Assembly: GCF_001194135.2 (NCBI RefSeq)
Contig: NC_068986.1
Coordinates: 80,769,295-80,804,273 of the forward strand
Direction of reading: 5' to 3'
Source: Octopus bimaculoides
Lineage: Eukaryota
Length of the DNA: 34,979 nt
Shown here: positions 32,688-34,979 of the stretch, one piece after another
How the letters are laid out: every line of letters starts with the position of its first letter
How positions within the stretch are numbered: the stretch's first letter is position 1
The notes under the pieces: model-generated
Seen by the model: the letters and a program-made list of their open reading frames with translations, nothing else
The model's database searches: none
What the model was told of the DNA's origin: nothing
Translations under genes and position numbers: made by a program

Positions 32688-34740
32688 GAGGTGGAGAAGT
32701 GCGTGGAGATGATCAGGGAGAGCAAAGTGGAGTTCTGCAGTGTCAACACAGAGGAACTGGGCCTCCTACTTAGACTGACATATGACTATGAACATCGAGA
32801 CAAATATGACCTTAGACGTTTCTGCCTCAGTAGACGTTTAAGAGGTAGATCCCCTACAATTACTTCTATGACTAGGAAGACCCCTATAGAGAGATGGAGC
32901 GGATGGACCAGACCCATACGGATCACCGGAAACCAATATCAAGTAAAGAAAATGATCACACATGCACTAGGAGCTAGACTAAGAGTTATCCTAAAAGGCC
33001 ACACATTTAAGTTTAACAACAAAATATACACCCAGGACGAGGTGGCGGTCATTGGGGTTAGCATCACCGGTGATGTGGCCAACCTTTTCATGGTATGGTG
33101 GGACAGGAGGTTTAAAGAACGCCGATACAGAACTCCATACTCATGAATATGTACTCTCGCTATGACAATGATATCAACATAGTGGTAAAGGCATCCCCAC
33201 AAAAGAATACTCTTGAAATAGAAATAGAAACTAATATTATGGAGAGCATCCAGCAAATAGCTAACTCCATCTACCAGAGTATCAAAGTCACGATAGACTA
33301 CCCTGGGAAACACCCTAAACGTAGACTACCAGTACTAGATACAGAACTCTGACTGGAAACTGTGAATAATAAAACCCAAATCCTCCATTCTCCCTATGCC
33401 AAACCTATGGCCTCCAAATACCTGATCCACCGGTACTCAGCTATCGTGAACAATGCCAAACTCAACATATTGATGGCAGACCTCATCAGAATAATGAGAA
33501 ATGTGTCCCGCATGTGCGACCCTACTGAGACACATACAACACTTCGTTCACTGTATGCAGCTCTCAGGATACAGCCATAGATAAAGGATCAGAGTATATA
33601 AAGGAGCCATGGGGAAATTTGAAACTATCATACGTAACGATAGGAATGGGATTTGCTCACTCTATAGGAGCAAGTCATGGAATACCATTGAAAGGACTAA
33701 GAAGAAAATAATGAAGGCCAATTCATGGTATGATAGAAACAAATACAAGTGTCATGTTCGTAGACACCACAGCGAGGCGAACTGGCGTACCGCTTTAGAA
33801 GGGCCCTAGACAAACTTAAGTTAAGAATTAATGTTGTAGAAAGGCTAGGTAACCCTATCAAATCCCTAATCGGTAGAACCTCCTGTACTGATTGGAGCTG
33901 TAGTACATTTAACCCACAAACAAACTGTAAACCTAGGAATGTAGTTTATGGTATAATATGTACAGAGGGACGGTGCAGAAACAAGATAACGACGTGCGTA
34001 GGGGAGACAGCACGGAGCACAGGAGAGCGGGTAAATGAGTATTGGCGGGAACTTAAGGAAGAGAAGAGCTCATCGGTTCTATACCAGCACGCCGAGCGGG
34101 AACATTGGGGCTCACTCAACAACATAGAAGTTAAAATCTTGTCCACACATGGAACAGACGCAACGCTTAGGCAAATTATAGAAGCGATACACATAATAGA
34201 GGATAAACCAAGCCTAAATGGAAAACTAGAATGGAACATTAGCACCACCCCACCACACACACACCACAACCTATGACAGAATAAGATCCCCATAAGCTGA
34301 TAATAATATGAAGCTAATACAATACACAGATAAATAAATAGAATTTAATAATTATACACATAAACAAAATAAGATAAATTAATACAAAAAAAGGAAGAAA
34401 TGAAAAGTAAGTAAATAAAAACAAATGAATAAAATAAATAAAAGTAAATTAAACGAACGTGTATAAACAGGGGTACTGATAATGCAGGTACCATACACAT
34501 TCCCACACAAACACTTATTAAACATAGACACACACAGGGATATACGCATGTGCAAATAAAAACACACAGGAATATACGCACGCGCAAATAAAGACACATA
34601 CAACAGGAAAACAAAATGGCAGATCGTTAGTAAAGAGAGACACAAAAAAGAAAGAAGAAAGCAAAGGACCACTGATGAGGTCACAGAAGTGTGACGAAAG
34701 AACTCTGGCCGAAATACGATTAATGTAAAATAAAGCTGAA
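32688..34740 (+). mobile_element. Penelope-like retroelement (RT + GIY-YIG endonuclease), 5'-truncated and frameshifted
   Basis: RT motifs FKFNNKIYTQDEVAVIGVSITGDVANLFM, SRYDNDIN (YxDD degenerate), RRLPVLDTEL and YAKPMASKYLIH. Endonuclease motifs NVVYGIICT..CVGETARSTGERVNEY..SVLYQH..EAIHI..KPSLN, stop at ~34282-34284. An A-rich 3' UTR, hammerhead motif and AATAAA follow. Confidence 0.9.
34666..34710 (+). ncRNA. Minimal type I hammerhead ribozyme motif in the Penelope 3' terminal repeat
   Basis: GGACCA-CUGAUGA-G-GUCACA-GAAG-UGUGAC-GAAA-G-AA-CUC-UGGCC. It has a 6-bp stem II, a 2-bp stem III and a stem I of 3 bp + mismatch + 1 bp. AATAAA follows at 34729-34734. Confidence 0.6.
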
Positions 34741-34819
34741 GCAAGTGAACACCAAATATATAGTGCGTGTGTTTTCATTGGTTAAACTGGCAACATGACC
34801 ATCCCCAAATACAACAATA

Positions 34820-34845
34820 TCTATATATATATAAATGAGAATGTG

Positions 34846-34888
<43 letters not shown>

Positions 34889-34979
34889 GTGTGTGAATCC
34901 CTAAAACTCGAGAACTACGCAACCAATTTCATTCAAATTTTACAGATGCCTTACTTAGGGTTCCAGTTGTGTTTTAGTA
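34820..34979 (+). mobile_element. Probable non-autonomous Helitron-like 5' end
   Basis: a|TCTATATATATAAA start, (ctgt)n tract, then aaactcgagaac...aaccaatttcattcaaatttt. The element runs off the window. Confidence 0.5.

Overview
AT-rich, microsatellite-dense animal genomic DNA with many N gaps. The SINE/RTE/Penelope repeat mix looks like a cephalopod (Octopus-like) draft assembly; this is an inference, not a database result. The ORF track misses the one host gene I can support: a six-exon + strand TMEM220-like gene (15475-27725, 188 aa). All its introns are GT-AG and the exon phases sum to an intact frame. The rest is mostly transposon remains: RTE LINE fragments, three tRNA-SINE families, a Tc1 5' half, a full-length dead mariner, piggyBac-type and hAT-type MITEs, a Tigger/pogo transposase, a miniature LTR element with a tRNA-Trp primer binding site, a Penelope-like RT/GIY-YIG element and a Helitron-like end. 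The most interesting signals are: (1) a ~96% identical inverted copy of TMEM220 exon 3 and its acceptor lying antisense in intron 1, which could form a long pre-mRNA duplex (ADAR editing or splicing control); (2) two hammerhead ribozyme motifs (7582-7703 on -, 34666-34710 on +); (3) an LTR retroelement with a ~1 kb LTR but only a 145-bp internal region.
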